From an uncultured Candidatus Binatia bacterium (GTDB taxonomy: Bacteria > Desulfobacterota > Binatia > UBA9968 > JAJDTQ01): DNA of 64,000 bases. This document shows, one piece after another, positions 27,828 to 43,295 of the stretch. Each line of letters opens with the position of its first letter. Within the stretch, counting starts at the first letter, position 1. Both the position numbers and the translations under genes were made by a program. The notes beneath the pieces are model-generated. The model worked only from the letters and a program-made list of their open reading frames with translations, had not been told where the DNA came from and ran no database searches. The stretch is from NCBI GenBank assembly GCA_965215605.1, contig OZ244070.1, positions 1,536,001 through 1,600,000 of the forward strand, given 5' to 3'.

Positions 27828-28625
27828 ATGGCATACGACAGTTTCGACTACGTACTGGACGAGGGCATAGCCACCATCCGCCTCGACAACCCCGCGCAAC
27901 TCAACGCCCTGACGTTCAGAACCTACGGGGAGTTGGCGGAGTTGACCGGCTCCCTGGCCGCGGACCGCCGGGTGCACGTGCTGGTCCTCACCGGTTCCGG
28001 CAAGGGGTTCTGCTCCGGAGGGAGCGTCGACGACATCATCGGCGAGCTGTTGAAGATGGACGCGGCCGGGCTGTACCGCTTCACCCGGCTTACCTGCGAC
28101 GTGGTGCGCAACCTGCGGCTGCTGGAGAAACCGGTCATCGCCGCGGTCAACGGCATCGCCGCCGGCGCCGGCGCGGTCCTCGCCCTGGCGAGCGACTTTC
28201 GGGTGCTGTCGGAGCGTGCGAAGATGGCCTTCCTCTTCGTCAGGGTGGGGCTCGCCGGATCCGACATGGGCGCGGTCCATCTGCTGCCGCGCATCGTGGG
28301 CCTCGGACGGGCCATGGAACTGCTGTCGCTCGGCGATACCATCGACGCCGCCGAAGCCCACCGCATCGGCCTGGCCAACCGGGTGGTGCCGCACGGCGAC
28401 CTCATGACCGAGGCCCTGCGGCTGGCCCGCAGGCTCCAGGACGGTCCTCGGTACGCCATCGGAGTCACCAAGAAGCTGTTGGACGTCGAAGCCGGCATGG
28501 ACCTCGACGCCGCCCTGGAGATGGAGGCCATGACACAGGCCCATTGCATGCAGACCGCCGACTTCCGCGAAGGCTTTCACGCGTTCATGGAACGGCAGGC
28601 GCCTCGATTCAACCGGGAGTCCTAG
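27828..28625 (+). CDS. Enoyl-CoA hydratase/isomerase family protein
   Basis: FCSGGSV, KPVIAAVNGIAAGAG, LFVRVGLAGSDMG, DFREGFHAF; start reassigned to MAYDSF. Confidence 0.92.
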   Translation: MAYDSFDYVLDEGIATIRLDNPAQLNALTFRTYGELAELTGSLAADRRVHVLVLTGSGKGFCSGGSVDDIIGELLKMDAAGLYRFTRLTCDVVRNLRLLEKPVIAAVNGIAAGAGAVLALASDFRVLSERAKMAFLFVRVGLAGSDMGAVHLLPRIVGLGRAMELLSLGDTIDAAEAHRIGLANRVVPHGDLMTEALRLARRLQDGPRYAIGVTKKLLDVEAGMDLDAALEMEAMTQAHCMQTADFREGFHAFMERQAPRFNRES

Positions 28626-28655
28626 TGTCCCGACCCACGTGGATCAGGACACTAG
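28622..28655. repeat. CTAG-TGTCC miniature inverted-repeat element, copy 2
   Basis: CTAGTGTCCCGACCCACGTGGATCAGGACACTAG; CTAG at both ends; overlaps the crotonase TAG stop. Confidence 0.7.
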
Positions 28656-28732
28656 ACAAGGCCGTCGGGAATCCGCCGGAATCCGGAGCGCAGTTGACAG
28701 CCATCCGCGAAAAGGAGTTCGGACTGGGTAAC

Positions 28733-29872
28733 ATGCAGGACTGGCTGACCGCGCCGCAGGTGCGGCTACGCGCGGCGTTGACGGCCTGGGCGCAGGCCGA
28801 GCTGGACGGAGCCGCCACGGACGGAGGCGACGGGGCCGCGCGCGCGGTGTTCCGGAAGCTCGCGCGGCACGGAGTCTTCCGCTACGTCGTGCCGCGCGAG
28901 TTCGGCGGCGCACGCCGCCGCGTTCAGGTGCGGGACCTGTGCGTCATCCGGGAGACCCTGGCGGGCGTGTCTCCCCTGGCGGACACCCTGTTCGCGGTGC
29001 AGGCGCTGGCCGCCTGGCCGGTGATGGCGGCGGGCACGACGGAGCAGCAGGCGGCCTGGCTCCCGGGTCTGGCCGCGGGCCGGGACATGGGGGCGTTCGC
29101 CCTGACCGAGCCCGATGCCGGCTCGGATGCGGCCGCCGCCCGGCTGCGGGCGCGCAAGCGGGACGGCGCCTACGTGCTCGACGGCGTCAAGAGCCTCATC
29201 TCCAATGCCGGCCTGGCCCATCTCTACGTGGTCTTCGGCAGCACCCACCCGGCGCGCAAGGGGAAGGGCCTCAGCGCGTTCGTGGTGGAGGCGGCGACCC
29301 CCGGCCTGGAGGTCAGGGAGCGTCTGGACCTGATTTCGCCTCATCCCATCGGCACCGTGGCGCTCGAAGGCTGTCGTGTCCCGGCCGCCCAACTCCTGGG
29401 CCAGCCCGGACAAGGTCTGGGGATCGCCCTGGGCACCCTGGAGGCGCTCCGTTGCAGCGTCGGCGCCGCCGCCACCGGCATGGCCGGGCGCGCCCTCGCC
29501 GAGGCGGTGCGCCACGCCAGACGCCGTAGCCAGTTCGGCCGCAGCCTGAGCCGCTTCCAGGCCATCCGGTTCAAGATCGCGGACATGGCCACCGAGCTCG
29601 AGGCGGCGCGGCTACTGGTCTACCAGGCCGCCCGGGCCCACGACCGGGGCGACGGCGACCTGCGCCGGAAGGCGTCCATGGCCAAGCTCTTCGCCACCGA
29701 GGCGGCCCAGCGCATCGTCGATCAGGCCCTGCAGATCCACGGCGGCCGTGGGCTGGTGGCGGGCAGCGTGATGGAGCGGCTCTACCGCGACGTGCGGGCG
29801 TTGCGCATCTACGAGGGGACCTCGGAGATCCAGAGGCTCATCGTTGCGCGTGACGTTCTGGACGGGCCATAA
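28733..29872 (+). CDS. Acyl-CoA dehydrogenase
   Basis: AFALTEPDAGSD, ISNAG, QFG...FQAI, AKLFATE, QIHGG, LRIYEGTSEIQR. Confidence 0.93.
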   Translation: MQDWLTAPQVRLRAALTAWAQAELDGAATDGGDGAARAVFRKLARHGVFRYVVPREFGGARRRVQVRDLCVIRETLAGVSPLADTLFAVQALAAWPVMAAGTTEQQAAWLPGLAAGRDMGAFALTEPDAGSDAAAARLRARKRDGAYVLDGVKSLISNAGLAHLYVVFGSTHPARKGKGLSAFVVEAATPGLEVRERLDLISPHPIGTVALEGCRVPAAQLLGQPGQGLGIALGTLEALRCSVGAAATGMAGRALAEAVRHARRRSQFGRSLSRFQAIRFKIADMATELEAARLLVYQAARAHDRGDGDLRRKASMAKLFATEAAQRIVDQALQIHGGRGLVAGSVMERLYRDVRALRIYEGTSEIQRLIVARDVLDGP

Positions 29873-29896
29873 TGGCTGTTCTCCACTGGAGGAACC

Positions 29897-31063
29897 ATGG
29901 ATTTCGAGCTCTCGGATGAACTGCTCGCGGTCAGGGAGTTGGGCCGCGAGTTCGCGGAGAAGGAGATCGCCCCGACCGCGGCGGAAGACGACCGGAACCA
30001 TCACTTCCGCCGGGAAACCTTCGAGAAGATGGGCCGGTTGGGCTTCTTCGGCTGCGTCGTTCCCGAGGCCTACGGCGGCACCGGCCTCGGCTATCTGGCG
30101 ATGGTGCTGCTCACGGAAGAGGTCGCCCGTGTGCACAGCTCGGTCCGGGTGCACGTCAACACCCAGATGGCCCCCTCGGTGACCCTGGCGCGGTTCGGCA
30201 CCGAGGAGCAGAAACGCCGCTGGATCCCGGCCTTGGTGGATGCCTCGCGCATCGGCTGTTTCGCCATCACCGAACCTGACGCCGGCTCGGACGTGGCCTC
30301 CATGTCTACCCGGGCTACCCGGACGAACGGGGGCTATGTCCTGAAGGGCACCAAGGTCTGGATCTCCAATGCGCCCATCGCCGACTGGGCGCTGGTCTAC
30401 GCCGTAACCGACCGGGACGCCGGGCGCCGCGGACTGTCGGCCTTCATGGTGGAGCTGGACGGCGCCGGCGTCGGCCGCGGCACCCTGGACAAGATGGGGG
30501 CGCTGGCCTCGCCCACGGGCACCCTGGATTTCGACGATGTGCCGGTGCCAGCCGCACAACGCATCGGCGCCGAGGGCCAGGGTTTCGCCATGTGCATGTG
30601 GCAACTCAACCAGACGCGTTTGAGCTGCGCCGCCGGTGCCCTGGGGGTGGCCCGGGCGGCCCGGGAGGCGGCCGTGGCCTATGCCAACCAGCGCCGGCAG
30701 TTCGGACGGGAGATCGGACGTTTCCAGATGGTCCAGGACAGTCTGGCCCGGATGATCGTGGAGGAAGAATCCGCGCGCTTGCTGGTGTACCGGGCGGCCC
30801 GCCTCGCCGACCGCGGGCAACCCAACAACCTGGAGGTCTCCATGGCGAAGTACGCCGCCGCGGAGGCCGCGGCCCATGCGGCCGACGAAGCCTTCAAGAT
30901 CCTCGGCGCCTACGGATACTCCACGGAGTTCCCCGTGGAGCGTTACCTGCGGGACGCAAAATCCTATCAGATCGTGGAGGGCTCCTCGAACATCCACAAG
31001 CTGATTATCGCCCAGGACGCACTGGGGTATCGGAAGGCCAATCGCTCGACGGAGCAGCCTTGA
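29897..31063 (+). CDS. Acyl-CoA dehydrogenase, probably non-decarboxylating glutaryl-CoA dehydrogenase type
   Basis: SSVRVHVN, ITEPDAGSDV, ASPTG, LNQTRLS, ILGAYGYSTE, IVEGSSNI, C-terminal LGYRKANR resemble the Desulfococcus enzyme (from recall). Confidence 0.8.
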   Translation: MDFELSDELLAVRELGREFAEKEIAPTAAEDDRNHHFRRETFEKMGRLGFFGCVVPEAYGGTGLGYLAMVLLTEEVARVHSSVRVHVNTQMAPSVTLARFGTEEQKRRWIPALVDASRIGCFAITEPDAGSDVASMSTRATRTNGGYVLKGTKVWISNAPIADWALVYAVTDRDAGRRGLSAFMVELDGAGVGRGTLDKMGALASPTGTLDFDDVPVPAAQRIGAEGQGFAMCMWQLNQTRLSCAAGALGVARAAREAAVAYANQRRQFGREIGRFQMVQDSLARMIVEEESARLLVYRAARLADRGQPNNLEVSMAKYAAAEAAAHAADEAFKILGAYGYSTEFPVERYLRDAKSYQIVEGSSNIHKLIIAQDALGYRKANRSTEQP

Positions 31064-31145
31064 TCCGGGCCGGGCAAGCGCTCTTTTGCCGTTTTGCTGT
31101 TTTTCGTTTTCGTATCAGGCGTTTTATGTATTAATATAGTCCTGT

Positions 31146-33779
31146 GTGACTGATCCTGTCTCCATGTTAGCCGTAGCGCATCATGCAGCGTCCGGCGGCG
31201 CCCGGGTATTTTCGCGACTCGGGTCGCTGCTCGTGTGCCTGCCACTCATCCTCACCGCCGGCATTACACGGGCCGACGACTTGCAGCCCTCCGTCGACCC
31301 GGGCGGAGCAGCGGCAGCCTTGGAAACGAGCGAATGGCGCGTGTCCAAGCGAGTCGCGGGGAGCGAGACGCTGCCCCAACTGCTGGAGAAATTCGGGGTC
31401 TCCCCGCAGAACCGGAGACTCTGGCTCAAGGCCGTCGCCAAACAGATCGGCATAGCCAGAATCCTCAACGACGGGGACGACGTCCACTTCTACTTCAAGG
31501 ACCCGCCGTGGGCCTCTCGCGGCCGTGGCGACCTGACCGGCCTTCGGATCGAGCGCGCCGGCTCGAACCCCAAATTCTGGCAAGTCCGCCACGGCCAGAT
31601 CGTCTACCACAGAACAGCAACTGCCCGGCCTGCGGTGGCCGCCGCGCCTGCCGTGGCTCCCGCCAAGGCCGCCGCGAAGACGCCGGCGAAGAGGATCGCC
31701 AAGGCTCCGGCGAAGAAGGTTGCCAAAACGCCGGCGAATGCTTCCTCGCCGGTCGAGCCGGTGACCCACGTCCTTCGGAAGGGGGAAACTCTCGGCCGCG
31801 TGCTGCGGGCCAAGGGAATCTCCTGGAACGCGGCGCAGCCCTGGATCCTGGCCGTCGGCAAACAGTACTCGCTGAAGCGGCTCTATCCCGGGAAGAAGAT
31901 CGTCCTCCACTTCGTTTCCCGAAGCGGAAGCCGGCCAACTCTCGCAGCGTTGAAGATCGAGTCGAGAGGCGGGAACCTGCTGACATGGCAACGGACCGGC
32001 GACCGGATCAGGTACTTGGGCAGGAACCGGCAGGTAGTGGAAAGACAGCCCGCGGCGCCACCCTCGCCCGCGCCGGTAAAGCGCCCGCCTGCCGGCTCCC
32101 CTACCGCGGTCACGGACCAGCCTCCGCCTCCCACGCGGTCCTTCGAACCCCTGGAACAGGTCATCCGCATCATCCGCCGCGGCCAGACCCTGGGGGGGGT
32201 ACTGAGGCCCCTGGGGGTCGCCGGGAAGGAAGGCGAAGCCTGGTTCGACGCCATCGACGCACAGTACCCCGTCACCAGGCTCAGACCCGGACAGCGCCTT
32301 CACCTGTACTTCGAGAGGACTCCCGCCAGGCACCGCAAGGACAACCTCAAGGCCGTCGAGCTCGAGGTCAGGAAGGGCCGCAAGCTGACTTGGGAGAAGG
32401 TCGGAAACAGTATCCGTTTCGGGAGCGGTTCGGTGCTCGGGCGCAGGCGCTCGGAAGGCACCGTGATCCGTCTCCCTTCCAACGGAGTCCCTTCCACCGC
32501 ACGCAAAGGCAGCTTTCTTTCGGAATACGCGCTGGCCCGGATCAAGCAGCGGAACGGGCTGTTGGAGTACACTCCAACGCCCAATGGCGAGTTGAACAGG
32601 GCCCGCCCGATGCCGGCTCTCGAGAACGCCGAGCGGGTGAGGCACAGGCTCAAGTCCGGAGAACACCTGTGGGGTGTGCTCCGGAAATACGAACTGGATG
32701 ACAAGGAGAGGCGCCTTTGGCTCAAGGCCCTCCAGAAGCGGAAGCACGTACGCAGGCTCCGAGCCGGCAGCCGCATCGACTTCTACTTCAAGGCGCACGA
32801 GAACGGCAACGGCACCGCCGGCTCCAACGGCGCCGGTCGCCTGAAGGCGCTGGAGATCGTGCTTCGTTCCGACCTGCGGCTTACATGGTATCGCAGCCAG
32901 GAGGATATCCTGTTCTACGAGGACGATGTGCCGTACCAGCAGGAGGTGCGGACCGTGAGCGGCGTGATAACCGAGGGGTCGCTCTACGGCAGCGCCAAGA
33001 GAGCCGGCGTTGACGTCGCCGTCATCTCCCGCATGGTGGACATCCTCGGCTGGGACATCAACTTTCAGCAAGACCTGCGCGCCGGGGACACGTATCGCGT
33101 GCTCTACCGCAGGAAGTTTCGCCCCGGCAGCAAGAGTTCCGACCAGATCCGCATACTGGCCGCGGAGTTCGTGAACCAGAGGCGCAGGTACAAAGCCGTC
33201 TATTTCCAGGGCACGGACGACGACGGCCACTACTACAACCCCGACGGCCGCTCGGTATCCCGGTCGTTTCTACGTTATCCCGTCGAGTTCAGGCGCATCA
33301 GCTCACGATTCTCGTTGCGCCGCTTCCACCCGATCCTCAAGGTGCGGCGACCGCACTACGGCGTGGATTTCGCCGCCCGGACCGGGACGCCCATCCGGAC
33401 CGTAGCCGACGGGCGCGTCACCCACTCGCGATGGAAGGGCGCCTACGGCCGTCTGGTGGAGGTCAGCCACGGCGGCGGCATGAAGACACGGTACGCGCAC
33501 CTCAGACGCTACGGGCACGGGATACGGCGTGGCGCCCTTGTGAAGAAAGGCCAGACCATCGGCTACGTGGGATGTTCCGGCTTGTGCACGGGTCCCCACC
33601 TTCACTTCGAAATGTGGCAGGACAACCGTTACGTGGACCCGTTGAAGGCCAACGTGCCGGTGGAAAGGCGGCTCGACCCCTTGCTGATGGAGATCTTCGA
33701 GGACACCAAGGAGCTGTTCTTCGAACGCATGGAGGCGGATCGCAAGACCGCGGGGCTGCCCTCTCCGACACCTCCGTGA
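31146..33779 (+). CDS. M23 family peptidoglycan DD-endopeptidase with four N-terminal LysM/OapA-like repeats
   Basis: C-terminal RISSRF...RFHPIL...HYGVDFAA...YAHL...TGPHLHFE; four repeats xxxxG(E/Q)TLxxxL; start uncertain. Confidence 0.88.
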   Translation: MTDPVSMLAVAHHAASGGARVFSRLGSLLVCLPLILTAGITRADDLQPSVDPGGAAAALETSEWRVSKRVAGSETLPQLLEKFGVSPQNRRLWLKAVAKQIGIARILNDGDDVHFYFKDPPWASRGRGDLTGLRIERAGSNPKFWQVRHGQIVYHRTATARPAVAAAPAVAPAKAAAKTPAKRIAKAPAKKVAKTPANASSPVEPVTHVLRKGETLGRVLRAKGISWNAAQPWILAVGKQYSLKRLYPGKKIVLHFVSRSGSRPTLAALKIESRGGNLLTWQRTGDRIRYLGRNRQVVERQPAAPPSPAPVKRPPAGSPTAVTDQPPPPTRSFEPLEQVIRIIRRGQTLGGVLRPLGVAGKEGEAWFDAIDAQYPVTRLRPGQRLHLYFERTPARHRKDNLKAVELEVRKGRKLTWEKVGNSIRFGSGSVLGRRRSEGTVIRLPSNGVPSTARKGSFLSEYALARIKQRNGLLEYTPTPNGELNRARPMPALENAERVRHRLKSGEHLWGVLRKYELDDKERRLWLKALQKRKHVRRLRAGSRIDFYFKAHENGNGTAGSNGAGRLKALEIVLRSDLRLTWYRSQEDILFYEDDVPYQQEVRTVSGVITEGSLYGSAKRAGVDVAVISRMVDILGWDINFQQDLRAGDTYRVLYRRKFRPGSKSSDQIRILAAEFVNQRRRYKAVYFQGTDDDGHYYNPDGRSVSRSFLRYPVEFRRISSRFSLRRFHPILKVRRPHYGVDFAARTGTPIRTVADGRVTHSRWKGAYGRLVEVSHGGGMKTRYAHLRRYGHGIRRGALVKKGQTIGYVGCSGLCTGPHLHFEMWQDNRYVDPLKANVPVERRLDPLLMEIFEDTKELFFERMEADRKTAGLPSPTPP

Positions 33780-33821
33780 AGCCGGCCGCTAAAGAAATCC
33801 CGCCGGCTGCCGAAAGAGATA

Positions 33822-34442
33822 ATGATGCCGACCTTGAGAGCTTTCGTCGGCGTTCCGGTGGGCCCGGCACTGGTCCGGCAAATGTCCGTGGTGCGTGCCG
33901 AGTTCGGCGACCGGGCGGTTCGCTGGATCCCGGCACCCAACCTCCACCTGACCCTGAAGTTCCTGGGAAACGTCGAAGAGGCCCAGGTTGCTTCCATGCG
34001 CGGGGCCTTGCGGGACGCCCTGTTCGACATCAACGGCTTCCGCGTCGCGGCCAGAAGCCTGGGCGTCTTTCCGCACACCCGGCAGCCGCGAGTCCTCTGG
34101 GTCGGGCTCTCCGCGCCGGAGTTGGCGCTCGTCGCGAGGCGGGTAAACCGGGCCGTGGAACCCCTTGGCATCGAGCGGTCCACGGCTCCGTTTCGGCCGC
34201 ACGCGACCATCGGCCGCTGGCGCCGGCCCGAGCCACGAGGCGGACGTCTTCAGGACGAGTTGGAGCGCTGGCGGGACCATGAGTTCGGCCAGTTTCGTAT
34301 CGACGAGGTGACTCTTTTCCAGAGCACGCTCCGACCCGGCGGCGCCGTATACTCCGCGCTGGAGGTGTTTCCTCTGAAGGCCGGCGAGAGCGGTTCGGCC
34401 GGCGCGGCAAGCCACGAGGGCCCGGTTTCAAAAACCCACTAA
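33822..34442 (+). CDS. thpR: RNA 2',3'-cyclic phosphodiesterase (2H family)
   Basis: [22 protein letters not shown]; upstream of recA. Confidence 0.92.
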   Translation: MMPTLRAFVGVPVGPALVRQMSVVRAEFGDRAVRWIPAPNLHLTLKFLGNVEEAQVASMRGALRDALFDINGFRVAARSLGVFPHTRQPRVLWVGLSAPELALVARRVNRAVEPLGIERSTAPFRPHATIGRWRRPEPRGGRLQDELERWRDHEFGQFRIDEVTLFQSTLRPGGAVYSALEVFPLKAGESGSAGAASHEGPVSKTH

Positions 34443-34453
34443 GGAGAATCCCC

Positions 34454-35485
<1,032 letters not shown>

Positions 35486-35530
35486 GACAACATTGCCTTC
35501 GCGCTCGCGGGAATGCTATCAATGGCCGTC

Positions 35531-38230
<2,700 letters not shown>

Positions 38231-38258
38231 TGGATATCCTCATCTTCAAGGGAACCGA

Positions 38259-39249
<991 letters not shown>

Positions 39250-39257
<8 letters not shown>

Positions 39258-39699
39258 CGTCACCGTCGACGTGGTGCGCCAGGGTCCGGCCAGGCGTGTG
39301 CCCGTGCGCGGACTCAAAGCCAAGGCCCGCCGTATCCTGCGCCTGCTGGACCTGAAGGACTGCGAGCTCAGTCTGGCGTTGGTGGGCGACGAGGATATCC
39401 GCCGCCTGAACGGGCACTTCCGGTCGCGCGACGAACCCACCGACGTGCTGTCGTTCCCGGTGGACGATCCACCGCCCTCCGGCCCGCGGCTTATCGGCGA
39501 CGTCATCATATCCGTTGAGAAGGCGGCCCGTCAGGCGCGGCAACGGCGACGGTCGTTCGACGACGAGATGGAGGTGCTGCTCATACACGGCATCCTGCAC
39601 AACCTGGGCTACGACCATGAGCGCTCCCCCGAGGACGAGCGGGAGATGCGCGCCCTGGAGCGGCGCCTGCGGAGACAGCTCAAGGCCGGGAGGACATAG
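39250..39699 (+). CDS. ybeY: rRNA maturation endoribonuclease YbeY
   Basis: PTDVLSFP, IGDVIIS, HGILHNLGYDH. Confidence 0.95.
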
Positions 39700-39798
39700 T
39701 GTCCCTTCCGGCACTTTTGTCGTCCGGCGGAACATCCGCTATATTGAAAACCATCGCCGAGCCGAGGTTGGAGAACCCGGCCGTCGCAGGAGCCCGCC

Positions 39799-40909
39799 AT
39801 GTTTGACGAAGCACGCGAACAACTGACACAGCTCGAAGAGAAGCTCGGCCGGCTGCGGAGGCGTCTTTGACGTCGACGGCAAGCAGAAACGCATCGACGA
39901 GCTGGTAGCCCTCACCGCCAAGCCCGATTTCTGGAACGACAACGACAAGGCCCAGGAGGTTCTCAAGGAGCAATCCGCGCTCCGGGAGGCCGTGGACGAC
40001 TACGGCAAGTGCCGCTCCGGCATCGAGGAGGCGCGTTTCTTTCTGGAACTGGCCGAGGAAGAGGACGATCCCGAGGCTTTGGAAGAGGCGGAGACCCGGC
40101 TAAGGGAAGTCTCGGACAGTCTGGCGGACATGGAGCTCCGGCAGCTTCTGGGGGGCACGGACGACCGCCGGGACGCCATCGTCACGCTCCATCCCGGCGC
40201 CGGCGGCACCGAGTCCCAGGACTGGGCCGAGATGCTGCTGCGCATGTACCTCCGCTGGGGCGACCGGCGGGGCTACAAGACCGAGATCATGGAATACCAG
40301 CCGGGCGAGGAGGCGGGCCTCAAGCGGGTCACCTTCACCATCGCCGGCGAGTATGCCTACGGCTACCTGAAGTGCGAGGCCGGCATTCACCGGCTGGTCC
40401 GCATCTCCCCCTTCGACGCCAACTCCCGGCGCCACACCTCCTTCGCCTCGGTGTTCGTCTACCCCGAAATCGACGACGCCATCGACGTGGAGGTCAACGA
40501 GTCCGACCTGCGCATCGACACCTACCGGGCCAGCGGCGCCGGCGGCCAGCACGTCAACAAGACCGATTCCGCCGTGCGCATCACCCACCTTCCCACCAAC
40601 ATCGTGGTGGCCTGCCAGAACGAGCGCTCGCAACACAAGAACAAGGCCATGGCCATGCGCATCCTGCGCTCCCGGCTCTACGAGTTGGAGGTGGAGAAGC
40701 AGCGGGAGATGATGGACCGATACGCCAAGGCCAAGAAGGACATCGCCTGGGGCAGCCAGATCCGCTCCTACGTGCTCCACCCCTACCGCATGGTCAAGGA
40801 CCACCGCACCAGCGTCGAGATCGGCAACGCCGACGCCGTCCTCGACGGCGACATCGACCGCTTCATCCAGAGCTATCTGATGGAGGGGGACGGTCAGGCC
40901 GCTCCGTAG
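39799..40909 (+). CDS. prfB: Peptide chain release factor 2, +1 programmed frameshift at 39865-39871
   Basis: ORF0 ATG 39799 to CTT TGA C with internal SD GGAGG; +1 frame continues into the 39992 ORF with SPF and GGQ motifs. Confidence 0.97.
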
Positions 40910-40922
40910 ACGCGGCGCGACC

Positions 40923-42596
40923 TCAGAAAAGACCCTCTACCTGGCCCTGGGCGTTGACGTGGATGCTCTCCGCGGCCGGTGTCCTGGGCAGGCCCGGCAT
41001 GGTCATCAGGTCGCCACAAATGGCCACCACGAACTCCGCGCCCGCGGACAGGCGCAGTTCGCGCACCTGCACCTCGTGGCCCTCCGGGGCGCCCTTGAGG
41101 GCGGGGTCGGTGGAGAAACTGTACTGGGTCTTGGCCATGCACACCGGATAGTGGCCGTAGCCGCCGTCCTGTAGCGCCTTGAAGCGGTTGCGCACCGCCG
41201 GCGTGGCGGTAACGCCGCCGGCGTGGTAGATGCGCTTCGCCACCGTCTCGACCTTGTCCCACAGCGGCATGTCGTCGGGATAGAGGGGGCGGAAGGCCGC
41301 CTCTCCCGCCTCGACAACCTCCACCACCCGGCGCGCCAGGGCTTCGGTGCCGGCGCCGCCGTCGGCCCAGTGGGTGCACATCAGGGCGGGGACGTCCAGC
41401 GCGGCCGCGACCTCCGTCACCGCCTGGAGTTCGGCCTCCGTGTCGGTGGAGAACCGGTTCACGGCCACCACTGCCGGCACCCCGAACTGCCGCACGTTGG
41501 CGAGATGGCGCGCCAGGTTGGCGCCGCCCGCCTTGACCGCGGCCACGTTCTCGTTGCCGAGATCGGCCAGCGCCACGCCGCCGTGCATCTTCAACGCCCG
41601 CGCGGTGGCCACCACCACGACGGCGTCGGGCGAAAGGCCGGCCTTGCGGCACTTGATGTCGAAGAACTTCTCGGCGCCTAGGTCCGCGCCGAAGCCCGCT
41701 TCGGTCACCACGTAGTCGGCGAGCTTGAGGCCGGCGCGGGTGGCGATGAGCGAATTGCACCCGTGGGCGATGTTGGCGAACGGCCCGCCGTGGATGATGG
41801 CGGGACTGTTCTCCAGGGTCTGGACCAGGTTGGGGGAGAGAGCGTCCTTGAGCAGGACGGTCATGGCTCCATCCGCCTTCAGATCGCGGGCCGTGACCCG
41901 CTCACGGGCGCGGGTCTGCCCCACCACGATGTTGCCCAAACGGCGCTGGAGGTCGGCCAGGTCCGCGGCCAGACAGAAGATCGCCATCACTTCCGAAGCG
42001 ACGGTGATGTCGAAGCCCTCGCTGCGCGGGAACCCGTTGCCGAGCCCGCCGAGGGAACAGACGATCTCGCGCAACGCGCGGTCGTTCATGTCCACCACGC
42101 GCCGCCAGGAGATGCGGCGGGCGTCCAGCCCCAGCGCGTTGCCCTGGTGGATGTGGTTGTCGATGAGCGCGGCCAGCAGGTTGTTGGCGGTGCCGATGGC
42201 GTGAAAGTCGCCGGTGAAGTGCAGGTTGATGTCCTCCATCGGCACCACCTGCGCATACCCTCCACCCGCGGCCCCGCCCTTCATCCCGAAACACGGTCCG
42301 AGGCTCGGCTCACGGAGACAGACCGCCGTCTCCTTGCCGATACGGTTCAGCCCATCGGCCAGACCCACCGACGTGGTGGTCTTGCCCTCGCCCGCAGGCG
42401 TCGGCGTGACGGCGGTGACGAGCACGAGCTTGCCGTTCTTGCGGTCGGAGAGGGAACCGACGTAGGAGAGATCGATCTTCGCCTTGGTGTGTCCGTAGGG
42501 CAACAGCGCCTCCCGCGGAACCCCCAAGCGGTCGCCGATCTCCGAGATCGGCTTGAGCACCGATTTCCGTGCGATCTCGATATCGCTCTCTGCCAT
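40923..42596 (-). CDS. fhs: Formate--tetrahydrofolate ligase
   Basis: [62 protein letters not shown]. Confidence 0.97.
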   Translation of the reverse strand: MAESDIEIARKSVLKPISEIGDRLGVPREALLPYGHTKAKIDLSYVGSLSDRKNGKLVLVTAVTPTPAGEGKTTTSVGLADGLNRIGKETAVCLREPSLGPCFGMKGGAAGGGYAQVVPMEDINLHFTGDFHAIGTANNLLAALIDNHIHQGNALGLDARRISWRRVVDMNDRALREIVCSLGGLGNGFPRSEGFDITVASEVMAIFCLAADLADLQRRLGNIVVGQTRARERVTARDLKADGAMTVLLKDALSPNLVQTLENSPAIIHGGPFANIAHGCNSLIATRAGLKLADYVVTEAGFGADLGAEKFFDIKCRKAGLSPDAVVVVATARALKMHGGVALADLGNENVAAVKAGGANLARHLANVRQFGVPAVVAVNRFSTDTEAELQAVTEVAAALDVPALMCTHWADGGAGTEALARRVVEVVEAGEAAFRPLYPDDMPLWDKVETVAKRIYHAGGVTATPAVRNRFKALQDGGYGHYPVCMAKTQYSFSTDPALKGAPEGHEVQVRELRLSAGAEFVVAICGDLMTMPGLPRTPAAESIHVNAQGQVEGLF

Positions 42597-42631
42597 GCCC
42601 CCTCCCCCCGCTTCCGGTTCCCGGCTCGGCT

Positions 42632-43168
42632 TCAGTGCCGGTAGCCTCGGATCCAATCGTAGCGCTCGATCTGTTCGGCGGTGAGCTCGCGGGTGCTCTC
42701 GATGTGCGCGAGCAGGTGGATGGCCTGGAGTTGTCCGCGCATGATTCCGAGATGTTCGGTCATACGGGCCGTTTCCGCCGCGGTGGGCCGTCCCGCGGCA
42801 AACAGGTTCGCAAGGTGCGACTCCGCCTGGAGTATGGCCTCGCCCTTGGCGATGGCCCTGGTCTTCATTTTAGCGTGAATCGCCTCGATGAGCGCGATCT
42901 GTTCCCGGGTGAGATCGAGGTTGGCCTTGAGATCGAGAAGGTGCCGCGGCCCGGGGAAACTATTCAATTCGGCCGGTCGAGCGAGGCCCATGCCTTCGCC
43001 ACTCCGCAACTCGCGCACCTCGTCGGGCGTGAGGGTTGCGAACTCGGCGCTTTGGGTATGCGCGTAAGGGGACATCGTGTGATCATGCTGCGCCAACGCC
43101 CAGGTCGCTGTGAGGGCGAAGAGGCCGATACAGCCAAACAATCCAACCGTCGTTGTCGAAGTGGTCAT
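42632..43168 (-). CDS. Periplasmic Spy/CpxP-like (heavy-metal sensor-like) protein
   Basis: Signal peptide, [31 protein letters not shown] and LTAEQ (LTxxQ motifs). Confidence 0.75.
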   Translation of the reverse strand: MTTSTTTVGLFGCIGLFALTATWALAQHDHTMSPYAHTQSAEFATLTPDEVRELRSGEGMGLARPAELNSFPGPRHLLDLKANLDLTREQIALIEAIHAKMKTRAIAKGEAILQAESHLANLFAAGRPTAAETARMTEHLGIMRGQLQAIHLLAHIESTRELTAEQIERYDWIRGYRH

Positions 43169-43295
43169 CGTCGAGACTCCTTGGCTGCGCCTACACTTCC
43201 ACGCTGCCGGGGCCGGCAGTTTGGGATCGTGCACCAAACAACCGGCCGAGCGGCGCGTGAAGCGATCTTGACGCCTGAGTAGCGGCGGGTTTCGG

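Noticed and set aside
34420-34453. Possible LexA box upstream of recA (GGTTTCAAAAACC)
   Set aside because: Does not fit LexA consensus spacings I know and lies inside the thpR coding end
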